Counted from the first letter of the stretch, positions 8,530 through 17,166 are shown. The stretch is 32,000 bases of DNA from Promethearchaeum syntrophicum (GCF_008000775.2 NZ_CP042905.2:3630001-3662000), one strand, 5' to 3'. A program made the numbers and translations. Notes: generated by a model from the letters alone, not told the origin.

Positions 8530-9261
8530 CTAAATTGCTAAATTCTTGAGTCTTTGTTGAAGATCTTCTAAAAACGGTTTATAATAATCCTGAGTTTCAG
8601 ATAATTTTTCTATTTGAAGTAACGATCTATCGTAAGCCCATTTTACTTTATCTAAAAGACCCATTTCCTCGTAATTTAAACCCAAGTAATAAAATGCCAA
8701 TGGATAATTAAAGTCGATTTTGACAAGTTTCATTAATTGTTGTATCGCCTGTCCATGTTTCTTCAGTTTATAAAATGCATAGGCCAAAAAAAATAGAATT
8801 TTTGGATATCGGGGGTCCCTATTAGCAAATTTGTAGATGTCAATCATATCCCAAAGTAAATTGAGCGCCTCCGTATATTTCTCCACGGAAATTAATTTTT
8901 CCATACGTTCAAATTTCTCCAAATACTCTGGATCTTCTTCTTGGGATGCTTGTTTCAATTTTTCTTTTTTTGCTTGGAGTTCCTGCTCTCGTTTCTCCGC
9001 TTCTTTACGATCTTTTTCCAGTTGCTCCAAATATTCATTAAATACATTAATAACGTGGGTATCGTACTCCTCAAAACATAAAGGGCACTTTGTACTATGA
9101 GAAATCCACTTTTTTAAACACTCATAATGAACTAAGTGCCCATTCGGGCAACCAACAAAATTTTTTGTAACATGTTCCCTTCCAAAATGTGATAAATCAA
9201 TCGGTCCATGGCAAATGCAGCATTGCATAACTTTGGCATTGGAAGTATCAAGTTTACCCAT
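8530..9261 (-). CDS. RING-H2 zinc-finger protein with coiled-coil and TPR repeats (putative E3-ligase-like)
   Basis: Residues 14-62 fit the full RING-H2 spacing: C14-x2-C17-x20-C38-x3-H42-x2-H45-x2-C48-x10-C59-x2-C62. They include the typical H-x-x-H-x-x-C-L-x-x-W...CPLC context. A K/E-rich coiled coil follows (EQLEKDRKEAEKREQELQAKKEKLKQ). The C-terminus has TPR-like repeats (e.g. AIQQLMKLVKIDFNYPLAFYYLGLNYEEMGLLDKVKWAYDRSL). Confidence 0.75.
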   Translation of the reverse strand: MGKLDTSNAKVMQCCICHGPIDLSHFGREHVTKNFVGCPNGHLVHYECLKKWISHSTKCPLCFEEYDTHVINVFNEYLEQLEKDRKEAEKREQELQAKKEKLKQASQEEDPEYLEKFERMEKLISVEKYTEALNLLWDMIDIYKFANRDPRYPKILFFLAYAFYKLKKHGQAIQQLMKLVKIDFNYPLAFYYLGLNYEEMGLLDKVKWAYDRSLLQIEKLSETQDYYKPFLEDLQQRLKNLAI

Positions 9262-9353
9262 TTTCTTATAATTTTATAATGGAACGGTTGGAAAAAAAGA
9301 AATCGAAATCTTATTTCATCCCTGAAATCATAAAATTTTTTTGTTAAAACACG

Positions 9354-9364
9354 TTTATTTAAAT
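9354..9364 (+). promoter_or_regulatory. TATA-box candidate for the tRNA gene
   Basis: TTTATTTAAAT is centred ~26 nt upstream of the first tRNA nucleotide (9385). This is the canonical archaeal TATA-to-TSS distance. Confidence 0.45.
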
Positions 9365-9384
9365 CACTTAAGGAATTTTATGAA

Positions 9385-9482
9385 AGGTCCGTCGTCTAGC
9401 CTGGATATGGCGCTGGGTTGCGATCCATAACGTAATTGTGGCAAACACCCAGTTTTCGAGGGTTCAACTCCCCCCGGACCTA
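9385..9482 (+). tRNA. tRNA-Arg (anticodon GCG) with a 23-nt intron at the canonical 37/38 position
   Basis: Manual cloverleaf fold. Acceptor stem is AGGTCCG/CGGACCT with discriminator A. U8 is present. D stem is GTCT/TGGC. Anticodon stem is CTGGG/CCCAG, with loop TTGCGA[intron]A. The intron TCCATAACGTAATTGTGGCAAAC contains GCAA, which can pair with the loop TTGC to give a bulge-helix-bulge-like junction. The T arm is GAGGG-TTCAACT-CCCCC. A T5 run (9494..9498) follows. Confidence 0.75.
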
Positions 9483-9568
9483 CTAACTCCTTCTTTTTGG
9501 ATTTTGAGAGTATAAATCTAAAAAAATTTCTTGAAGAGGACTCACCTACCTATGGGGCGATTTTTTCT

Positions 9569-10672
9569 TTAATATGATTCCACGAAAAAGACATCCACAT
9601 TATGATCTGTCATAAAAACGTATACATCACCAGAAAGGATTTCAATCGCATCTGAATTCTTCTTAAGGTGCGCGTCCATGTGTAAGAGACCAAGTCCTTG
9701 TAAATATGCATGCCCTTCTTCAGCAGAACACAATATATCAAACGAAGGCATTTTTTCTTTAATTTTCTTTGACAAGGGAACATCTCCAAAAAATATTTCT
9801 GGGTGCTGTTTGATTAGATTATGAGTCGATTCTGCTTCCTTGCAGAAGTGCAAATGATCAGCATTATTAAGAACTACCATTAATTTGGGTTCTAATGTGC
9901 GTTTAAACATGTCATAGATCGATCTTACATCTACTAATGTATCATTCTGTGCTGCCAGGTATAGTGTTGCAATAGTGTGCTTCCAATCTAAGTTTAGGAT
10001 ATCGGAAAGCGGATTTGATTCTTTTAAGTCAGGAGAATTACCACCTATTGAAGCAATAGGAAGAGCTGCAGAAATTCTTGAATCACTAGATGCTACCATA
10101 AGAATGGTCCATCCTCCATAGCTGTACCCGGCCACGCCTATACTATTAACATCAATCATCTTTAATGGGATTTTTACCTTCTCAGATGTCATACAATCTA
10201 TAATGAATTTGATATCACTGGGGCGGTTCATGAAAATCTGTCTACTGAGTTCTGCTGTATTTGGAGGCATTCCTTTCTGAGTATGTTCTCTGTAGGTTAA
10301 TAAATCCAGATATGTATTACCTAAATGATCGGGTGCAGCTACAATATAACCGTGACTGGCTAAGTGAGTACATAAGTGTGAAGTTAAACGTCGATGAGCG
10401 CCATGTCCATGGGAAAAAACAATTAATGGATAAAATCCCTCGCGAATGTCTGCATCTCTAACCGCATTTTGAGATAAGGAGATGTCTCCTATTTGATATT
10501 TATCTTTCGTAGCTTCCTCAAAATCTTTATTCTTAAATTCATCTGTTGCGGGGAACCAAATCTCTGTAGGGAGTGTTCGATTTCTCTTTGGATCATGAAA
10601 GTTTTGGGTTATTACACCAACGGGAAATGGTCCACGATTAAAAGGATTATATTTTGCTTGATCTGTGCTCAT
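9569..10672 (-). CDS. Alpha/beta hydrolase, PAF-acetylhydrolase/lipase-like esterase
   Basis: The oxyanion region FSHGHGAHRRLTSHLCTHLASHGYIVAAPDH is typical of the PAF-AH-like family. The nucleophile elbow is GYSYGG (G-x-S-x-G). Downstream acid and His candidates are NDTLVD and ADHLHF. Confidence 0.65.
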   Translation of the reverse strand: MSTDQAKYNPFNRGPFPVGVITQNFHDPKRNRTLPTEIWFPATDEFKNKDFEEATKDKYQIGDISLSQNAVRDADIREGFYPLIVFSHGHGAHRRLTSHLCTHLASHGYIVAAPDHLGNTYLDLLTYREHTQKGMPPNTAELSRQIFMNRPSDIKFIIDCMTSEKVKIPLKMIDVNSIGVAGYSYGGWTILMVASSDSRISAALPIASIGGNSPDLKESNPLSDILNLDWKHTIATLYLAAQNDTLVDVRSIYDMFKRTLEPKLMVVLNNADHLHFCKEAESTHNLIKQHPEIFFGDVPLSKKIKEKMPSFDILCSAEEGHAYLQGLGLLHMDAHLKKNSDAIEILSGDVYVFMTDHNVDVFFVESY

Positions 10673-10804
10673 TTTATCTACCTCTTTAAATAAAATTCTA
10701 AATTTATATTTGAATAGAGTTTTTTCTGAACAATAAAATTATTGTTGTTCAAAATATGACTTTAAAAGAATGAAAAATAAAAAAAAAAACTCTAAATTCA
10801 TTAA

Positions 10805-11692
10805 TTATTCTAAATCCCATTTCAATAAGGATTTAACAAGATTACCATGACTAAGCTCGCCCCTGGACATAAATTTTGCAAAGCGATTTTCACCCTTCTT
10901 CCATAGGAGGGTTACAATCTTCTTCACCACATCCTCAGTTTTAATCACACCTTGACTCCTCAATTGATCCTTAAATTGATGGACATCTAAGTGTAACTTT
11001 TCGATTTCATCTATTTTTTCCTTAAGAAATGTACGGGGATAGACCTTGGCATGGGCTACAAAGATACGCAAATCATCCATACCCTCTGTTAACTCATATA
11101 ATTTTTTTTGGGAAAAATAAATCTCCTTAATATTCTCTTGAATATCTTTACAACCACCCCCAAAAAGCATCTCATACCGTTTCATAAGGGCATCCCCCAC
11201 AAATAGAAGTTGATGCTCACGCTCGAGTAAAGCGGTTAGATCGGGTGAATGGCCTGGGGAGTTGATCAAATCAAAATTATATTTTCCTGATTTTGAGGAA
11301 ATATGATCACTAATTGGTTGGGTTGAAATAGGGGGTAACAATTTTCTGCCCCAGTATATTTGGCGGTACAATCGGTAAGATTTGAGGGATTCAAACTGTT
11401 TCTGAGTAGAGGGAGAACAGAAGATTGGAATATTCATTCGTTCTTGAAGAATTTTGGCACCTCCGGCATGATCCTCATGGAAATGTGTAAGATATACTTG
11501 GTTAATGCGATCATTTTCGGGTAATTGCGATGCCCATTCATAAATATCCTCACTCCCTGCAGGTGCACCGGTATCTATTAATAAACCATCTAATTTGTAA
11601 CTTGAAGTCCATTTTGGGATAGTGGCCAGCCAATGTTCGGATTTCCATTGCCATTCTAATATATCCCCATGCAATTTTGTACGAGTAATCAT
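10805..11692 (-). CDS. Metallo-beta-lactamase fold hydrolase
   Basis: It has the H-x-H-x-D-H motif (THFHEDHAGG), a later metal ligand candidate in PGHSPD, and GDAL. The 295-aa length fits, with a helical C-terminal extension. Confidence 0.7.
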   Translation of the reverse strand: MITRTKLHGDILEWQWKSEHWLATIPKWTSSYKLDGLLIDTGAPAGSEDIYEWASQLPENDRINQVYLTHFHEDHAGGAKILQERMNIPIFCSPSTQKQFESLKSYRLYRQIYWGRKLLPPISTQPISDHISSKSGKYNFDLINSPGHSPDLTALLEREHQLLFVGDALMKRYEMLFGGGCKDIQENIKEIYFSQKKLYELTEGMDDLRIFVAHAKVYPRTFLKEKIDEIEKLHLDVHQFKDQLRSQGVIKTEDVVKKIVTLLWKKGENRFAKFMSRGELSHGNLVKSLLKWDLE

Positions 11693-11931
11693 TTTAAGTT
11701 ATTCTCCTAATTAATCCAATTTAAATAAAACCTTTGCTATCTTGTCGACAGTTCGTAATCCAGAACTGTAATTCGGGTAAAAAATTTTCCTTATAGGATA
11801 AGGGTGTAAAAATTACTTTAAAAACTTTAATCTTTTTTGCATTTAAGATATTTGTAAGTCGTTTAACCCATTAATTTATAAGTTAAACCAATTTGGTGAG
11901 ATAGAAAAAAAAATAAAAATAGATATAAAAA

Positions 11932-12693
11932 TTATCGAGCAGAAATTGCCACGCGTTCTAATTCATCCTTGCGTTTAACTGCACGTGAATTAGTATCGTT
12001 GCGACCAGCCAAGATTAATTCATTAGCTAATAATTCATCAATAGTTTTAATATTATTATATGCAAGCCCTACTGTTCCTTGAACAATCAACTTTAAAGCT
12101 AAATCAACTCTGCGTTGTGGTGAGATATCAACGGCCTGTTGATAACTGATACCACCGAGTGATATTCGGGTTGTTTCTTCTTTTGGAGCTGCATTTTCTA
12201 TAGCATTAATTAACACTTGAATCGGATTCTCTCCGGTCTTATTTTCAATAATTGCAAAAGCATTGTAGATGATATTGATTATTTTTTGCTTCTTACCCAT
12301 GTTGAGTGATGAACCGCGTCCTTTGATTCGCTTACCCACTAATCCCGGAGTCATGATCTTGTTAATAAAACGTTCAACAATGGAGATATGTTCCGTCTTC
12401 CAGAACTTTTTATGTTGATGTTTCCCACCTGAATGCGGAATAATAACGGGGGTTAAATTAATGTAACTTTGCAAGCTTAAATCTTTCACTTCAGTACCTT
12501 CAAAAGACCAGCGATTAAATAACAAAATCTCTTGTCCTGTTTTCTTTTTTGGTGCAGGTTCACTTTCATCAGCAGGTTGAGGTTCTACAGTCGGTTCTTC
12601 CGGAGAAGGTTTACTTTCTTCCACTTTCTCTTCGGATTTCTCTTCTTTTGGTTCTTCCGGCTTTGCCTCATCTGTTTTCTTCTTTCGTGCCAT
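11932..12693 (-). CDS. rps7: 30S ribosomal protein uS7 (S7p/S5e) with a ~54-aa acidic/Pro-rich N-terminal extension
   Basis: The conserved core starts at ILLFNRWSFEGTEVKDLSLQSYINL and ends in SRAVKRKDELERVAISAR, as in the archaeal S7/eukaryotic S5 C-terminus. An AGGTGA SD at 12700..12705 lies 6 nt upstream of the ATG. Confidence 0.9.
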   Translation of the reverse strand: MARKKKTDEAKPEEPKEEKSEEKVEESKPSPEEPTVEPQPADESEPAPKKKTGQEILLFNRWSFEGTEVKDLSLQSYINLTPVIIPHSGGKHQHKKFWKTEHISIVERFINKIMTPGLVGKRIKGRGSSLNMGKKQKIINIIYNAFAIIENKTGENPIQVLINAIENAAPKEETTRISLGGISYQQAVDISPQRRVDLALKLIVQGTVGLAYNNIKTIDELLANELILAGRNDTNSRAVKRKDELERVAISAR

Positions 12694-12699
12694 TTTTTT

Positions 12700-12705
12700 T
12701 CACCT
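12700..12705 (-). promoter_or_regulatory. Shine-Dalgarno site (AGGTGA) for rps7
   Basis: The minus strand reads AGGTGA, then 6 nt, then ATG (12693). Confidence 0.6.
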
Positions 12706-12713
12706 TTTAGAGC

Positions 12714-13157
12714 TTAACGAACTGCCCTCTCCTTCTTTCCAGAGATTAAAGCATCTAAACTTACACCGTTCACTTTAATTACTTTCCATCGAATACCTGG
12801 TAAATCTCCAACAGCACCTCCCATAGCTCCACCGATTCCAACTATTGACACACTGTCGTGTTCTTCAACGAATGTTAGTGCGGAATCTCCTGGTAGAAAT
12901 GCGGACACTTGTTTACCATTTTTTCTTAATTGAACTCTTACACATTTTCTGATTGCAGAGTTAGGTTGTTTTGATTCGATACCGATTTTCTCAAGTACAA
13001 TTCCTTCAGCCATTGGAGCGGCTTCTAGTGGATCGGTTTTTCTTTTAATCTTCAAAACTCTTCGCTTGTATTTAACATCTTTCCATTGAAAGTGTTTTCG
13101 CTTCTTCGCTAGAGCACGTGCTGCGTATTCGCCTCTAGGGGACTTTGATCTTGCCAT
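12714..13157 (-). CDS. rps12: 30S ribosomal protein uS12 (S12p/S23e)
   Basis: It carries the signature [29 protein letters not shown]. Length (147 aa) and termini are archaeal/eukaryotic S23-like. Its ATG overlaps the rpl30e stop (TAATG at 13157). Confidence 0.92.
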   Translation of the reverse strand: MARSKSPRGEYAARALAKKRKHFQWKDVKYKRRVLKIKRKTDPLEAAPMAEGIVLEKIGIESKQPNSAIRKCVRVQLRKNGKQVSAFLPGDSALTFVEEHDSVSIVGIGGAMGGAVGDLPGIRWKVIKVNGVSLDALISGKKERAVR

Positions 13158-13522
13158 TATTTTATCACCTTTAATATGCTGGAGTTTCCTTCAGAAAGAA
13201 TTCCAACAGTAGATACCCAAAAAGGTTTTGCGCAAACAGCTCCAAGATCCCAGCTGGAGTTTTTTGAAGTAAAGATAGGTACGGGTGTTTCTAAACAATT
13301 ATTAAATAGTTTAATTTGATCTACTACCTGTTTGGGGGCATTATTTGCTAAGATTAACAATTTTAAATCTCCCATGGATAGTTGTTTTAGTACGGATTTT
13401 GTTCCTAGTAATACCTTCCCAGTTTTCACTGCAACATTAATCTCTTTGTTCTCATCGAACGAGAGCTTTGCACTGGTGCGCTTTCTTTTCTTGAGTTTTT
13501 GTTGACCTCGTTTATAGGACAT
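13157..13522 (-). CDS. rpl30e: 50S ribosomal protein eL30 (L30e) with a ~20-aa basic N-terminal extension
   Basis: [40 protein letters not shown] matches the eL30 core. Compare eukaryotic SGKYVLGYKQTLK...KLVILANNCP as I recall it. Confidence 0.85.
   Translation of the reverse strand: MSYKRGQQKLKKRKRTSAKLSFDENKEINVAVKTGKVLLGTKSVLKQLSMGDLKLLILANNAPKQVVDQIKLFNNCLETPVPIFTSKNSSWDLGAVCAKPFWVSTVGILSEGNSSILKVIK
13165..13170 (-). promoter_or_regulatory. Shine-Dalgarno site (AGGTGA) for rps12
   Basis: The minus strand reads AGGTGA, then 7 nt, then ATG (13157). The site lies inside the 3' end of rpl30e. Confidence 0.6.
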
Positions 13523-13668
13523 ATTTTTTCAACTCGATATTTCCTAAAAGGAAAAATGAAGCATAAATAAAAAAATTTGTGAATAGAACGGTTTAATAAT
13601 ATTTTCAGAATGTTTTTTCTTTGAAAATTTTAATAATCTACATATAAATTTAATAAAGCAAAATTGTA

Positions 13669-14325
13669 TTGTTTTTACATAAAATGATTGATAATTCCGT
13701 TTCAAACTTCGATTTAATTTACCCAAAAGAATCTAAATTGAATAATAATCCTGAAAAAATGTTTATATTCTCAGTTCTGACATATTTTATTGTAATAGGA
13801 TTATTTTTAATTCTATCTGCTTCTGGAGTTGTTGAATTCATACCGAATTACGAAAGTTCCAGAATAATTATTTTGGTTTTTGCAATATCTTGGAATTCTG
13901 CAATTCTGATTATAATCGTTGGTCTTCTGATTAATTCGAATAAGAACATAAAGATTAATTCCGAGAATTTTAATCAGTACACTCAAGAATATCAATCTCA
14001 ACGAATTGAAATGGAACAGATTACTAGATCACATGATTATCTATCTCCACAATTTATCGAAACCAAAAAAAAATTAATCCGAGCTTTTTATATTATGTCT
14101 TTTTTTCTTTCTTTTGTGTTTTTACTTCTCTTGGCTATTGGCATATTATTAATTTTATATTCGGTTGGTATTTTTGATTTCGGTTTAGAAAATCCTTCTT
14201 TTAATATAATCCGTAGTATATTTGCTGGGATTTGGAACATAAGTTTATTTTTTGCATTCAATAAAATTATTAAATCTTTTACAAGGTTACAGAAAAAGAC
14301 AACTAAAAAATTCAGCTTTATGTAA
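13669..14325 (+). CDS. Small 4-TM membrane protein with an internal 2-TM duplication, function unknown
   Basis: The 218-aa product has two halves, each with a TM hairpin and similar motifs. RIIILVFAISWNSAILII in the first half corresponds to IIRSIFAGIWNISLFFAF in the second. Confidence 0.5.
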   Translation: MFLHKMIDNSVSNFDLIYPKESKLNNNPEKMFIFSVLTYFIVIGLFLILSASGVVEFIPNYESSRIIILVFAISWNSAILIIIVGLLINSNKNIKINSENFNQYTQEYQSQRIEMEQITRSHDYLSPQFIETKKKLIRAFYIMSFFLSFVFLLLLAIGILLILYSVGIFDFGLENPSFNIIRSIFAGIWNISLFFAFNKIIKSFTRLQKKTTKKFSFM

Positions 14326-14504
14326 AATTTTTTTTGGAAAAATTATATCATTGCAGAAACCCGATCTATTATTTGGATAGGAACCACTGAAATTTTGGGA
14401 GGTATTGGTAGGAAATACTTATCTCTCAGTTTTTTCTAAAAGATCAAAATATAACCGTTTGAATAACGATAATTCTCGTTCTAATTCTTTAATTGTTTGT
14501 TTTA

Positions 14505-14710
14505 AATCCCCTTCATTGTTAAAACCGAATTCTGCAGTATAACAGAATATGTTAGTGGAAATGGCTAAATGAGTATTTTTTTCATCTTTCATGTATCCTA
14601 AAGAAACTTGTAATCCAGAGAAACAGATATACCCGATTTCTCCATCCGATAATTTACTACCCACTGAAGCATCAGCATGCAATTCTTTTCTTATACTTAG
14701 TGTGGTTAAA
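14505..14710 (-). pseudogene. Relic fragment of an AMP-dependent acyl-CoA synthetase (paralogue of 22368..24083)
   Basis: There is nucleotide-level similarity to ~22746..22946. For example, gagaaacagatatacccgatttctccatccgataatt aligns with gagaaacagatatgcccgatttctccgcctgataatt. At protein level, SDGEIGYICFSGLQVSLGYMKDEKNTHLAISTNIFCYTAEFG aligns with SGGEIGHICFSGSQVFLGYLNDEEKTRRTISTDGFCYTGDLG. Similarity continues upstream of the 87-aa ORF (14419..14682) across in-frame stops. Everything else of the ~570-aa enzyme is missing. Confidence 0.8.
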
Positions 14711-14855
14711 GTAGATATAAAAATGCATTTAAAAAAAGAGGTTAATCATTAAAATAATTCTTTTCTATCATTTCAACAAATAGGTAAAATACAATAACGT
14801 TTTATTTTGTAATGTTTTATGTTATTATATTTAAAAAAAGGAAGAATGGTAGATT

Positions 14856-17165
14856 TTGATCATCGACATTTATGATAAAAAAACACAGAAAATAATGCTT
14901 TTAGTATGGGTTATTTCTGTCGTTGGTTCAGGCGTTATTTACTCAATAGTAAAGCCTTTAAGTCGGACTGATGTGGATTATATAGCAATAGAGGGTAATT
15001 TTCAATTAAATGCATTCTTTTCAGATCAATCAATGGATGGTGAATCTTGGGATACTGCTTATGTTTTTAAAAACTTCAAGTTTGATATCCCGGATGATAA
15101 TTATGGTTTAATTCTAAATAATACGGATAAGTTTATTATTATTAAGGATTGTGAATTTAAATGTAAGAGATACAGTGACTCGTATGGAATATATATATTC
15201 AATAGTGAAAATATAAAAATTGACAGCATTAATTTAAAATATTGCGATATTGGAACAAATATAATAAATTCTTCTAATATTGAAGTTTCCAATACAGATT
15301 TTGGAACCAATTCTCGATACGGTACAATCTTGGAAAATAGTACGAATATCAACCTTAATAAAAATACATATCTGGGACGATCTACATATGACATTAGTAT
15401 TAGGTCTTCAAACAATTGTTCTTTAATACAGAACAAAATGATATACAGTGGATTATCTATATCTCTTCAAGATAATCCTTCTTCTCAATTAATGATTGAT
15501 TCTTCTAATACAATAAATAATCAACCAATCTATTATTATGAAAACATATCTCATTTAAACATAAACTTCAATCAACAAATAGGTCAATTACTTCTTAACA
15601 ATTGTTCTGAAAGTACCTTTAGCAATGCATATATCACGAGCACTAAATCAAATGTGATCATTACTAATTCAAAATTAAATCACTTTAATAACATCTCTTC
15701 TACTGAATCAACTGGTTATGGTATTAATATGCATAATTCACCCAATAACACGTTTTCATCATGTAATATATCTGAAAACAATGTAGGGTTTCAAATATCT
15801 TATTCTAACAATGCAACGATAATTGAAAATGAATTATCAAATAATTCTGAAGGAATTTATCATGAATATTCAAACAATTTAATTTTGAAAGAAAATTTAA
15901 TTTTTAATGAGATATCATCTGAGGTTGTCGTTGGTTTAAATCTAGATCACAGCAATAACAATACCATTGATAGTAATAGATTTTATTCTCATTATGAATA
16001 TGAGGGTATAGGAGGTAAATTGTATTATTCAGAATATAATAGTTTTATCAATAATTCGTTTTATGGGGAAACCGCAATTCATAATGTGTATTATTCACCC
16101 TATAATACCTATGTAAATAATAAATTTATTAACTGCTCCCTTAGTAAATCAATACTACTGGCAGATGAGTTCGATTCATCCAATATCCTTAACGGAAAAG
16201 AATTTTCTCTTAACAGAGACAAAGATGAATTTCAAGTTGAAGATCTCACTGATATTTCTCTTCTGATGTTGGATAATTGCTCCAATTTTGATGTCTCCAA
16301 TTTAAACTTTTCAAATATCGAATATTGTCCTATTATTATAAATGATTGTGAGAATTTTACAATTTCCAATTTAAACATCGAAACAAAGGGATATGGAATA
16401 GATATTTATCAGGGCAATATTGGAATCATTTCTGATTGCACCGTTTATGCAACTAGTTATGCTATTTATTTCTATTTGTGCAATAATCTGACAATTTATG
16501 AAAATGAAATTAACTATTCGAAAAATGGGATTTATATTCAAAGCAGTGATGACATCACCGTTTCTAATAATATTATTAGTAGCATACGAACAAATTCTAC
16601 GTCTTCTTTCAGTGATGGTGTTGAAGGAACGCATTCTGATCGAATAAAAATAACCAATAATATTATTGATTGTGATGGTCAAGGAATTTATTTGTATCAA
16701 TGTAATATCTCCAGAATTAACGAAAATCAAATAATAATGTCTAATGTAGGTATCACACTTTCTTCTTTTGATGATGATGATGATTATTCTATCCTTGGAA
16801 ATAATATCACATACATTAGTAGTTGTATTTCCATTATCATTGATGGAGTTCAAATAACAAATAATACTTTAAATGAAACGAATACATGCAATTACCACGG
16901 AATTAATGATGATCCAAATCTACCAGAGAATGACTATATTGATAATTTCGGCTTGAATATTGCTATTCTCTTACTACTAATGGCATTCTCTATTACAGTA
17001 ATAGGGTTAATTTTTCTTAAAATAAAAAAATATGAAAATAAGGAACTAATTAGTCCAACGGAATTTAGGTCTCAGATTGACCCAACGGAATTAGATGGAT
17101 TTAAGACAACAAAGGACCAAAATGAAGCAACGGAACATAATGAAACAAAGGAGCTGAAAGAATAA
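14856..17165 (+). CDS. Surface-anchored right-handed parallel beta-helix (PbH1/NosD/CASH-like) repeat glycoprotein
   Basis: The 769-aa product has an N-terminal signal-anchor (LLVWVISVVGSGVIYSIV). It contains many imperfect ~22-aa repeats of the type N-x-x-I-x-x-N / SNN-x-I-x-x-N (e.g. NNATIIENELSNNSEGIY, NNTIDSNRF, ITVSNNII). I count more than 20 N-x-S/T sequons by eye. There is a C-terminal TM helix (IAILLLLMAFSITVIGLIFL) plus a charged tail. The listed start is TTG; the in-frame ATG at 14895 is an alternative. Confidence 0.65.
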   Translation: MIIDIYDKKTQKIMLLVWVISVVGSGVIYSIVKPLSRTDVDYIAIEGNFQLNAFFSDQSMDGESWDTAYVFKNFKFDIPDDNYGLILNNTDKFIIIKDCEFKCKRYSDSYGIYIFNSENIKIDSINLKYCDIGTNIINSSNIEVSNTDFGTNSRYGTILENSTNINLNKNTYLGRSTYDISIRSSNNCSLIQNKMIYSGLSISLQDNPSSQLMIDSSNTINNQPIYYYENISHLNINFNQQIGQLLLNNCSESTFSNAYITSTKSNVIITNSKLNHFNNISSTESTGYGINMHNSPNNTFSSCNISENNVGFQISYSNNATIIENELSNNSEGIYHEYSNNLILKENLIFNEISSEVVVGLNLDHSNNNTIDSNRFYSHYEYEGIGGKLYYSEYNSFINNSFYGETAIHNVYYSPYNTYVNNKFINCSLSKSILLADEFDSSNILNGKEFSLNRDKDEFQVEDLTDISLLMLDNCSNFDVSNLNFSNIEYCPIIINDCENFTISNLNIETKGYGIDIYQGNIGIISDCTVYATSYAIYFYLCNNLTIYENEINYSKNGIYIQSSDDITVSNNIISSIRTNSTSSFSDGVEGTHSDRIKITNNIIDCDGQGIYLYQCNISRINENQIIMSNVGITLSSFDDDDDYSILGNNITYISSCISIIIDGVQITNNTLNETNTCNYHGINDDPNLPENDYIDNFGLNIAILLLLMAFSITVIGLIFLKIKKYENKELISPTEFRSQIDPTELDGFKTTKDQNEATEHNETKELKE

Positions 17166-17166
17166 A

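Noticed and set aside
10710-10760. Imperfect inverted repeat GAACAA...TTGTTC between the MBL and hydrolase genes, as a terminator
   Set aside because: The stem is short and imperfect, and neither strand has an adjacent oligo-T run. The support is insufficient.
9385-11692. tRNA-Arg as an integration site for a genomic island carrying the two hydrolase genes
   Set aside because: There is no integrase. I could find no direct repeat of the tRNA 3' end elsewhere in the window. The adjacent genes are ordinary hydrolases.
16770-16784. (GAT)5 microsatellite
   Set aside because: It is in-frame coding for a DDDDD run in the beta-helix protein. This is a simple low-complexity feature, though it may be length-variable, and not an independent element.
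16371-16853. 160-aa minus-strand ORF, plus 15101..15436, 17091..17363 and 17197..17379, inside or overlapping the envelope operon
   Set aside because: They are low-complexity Ile/Asn-rich translations antisense to AT-rich coding sequence. They have no start context or motifs, as expected by chance in AT-rich DNA with few stops on the opposite strand.
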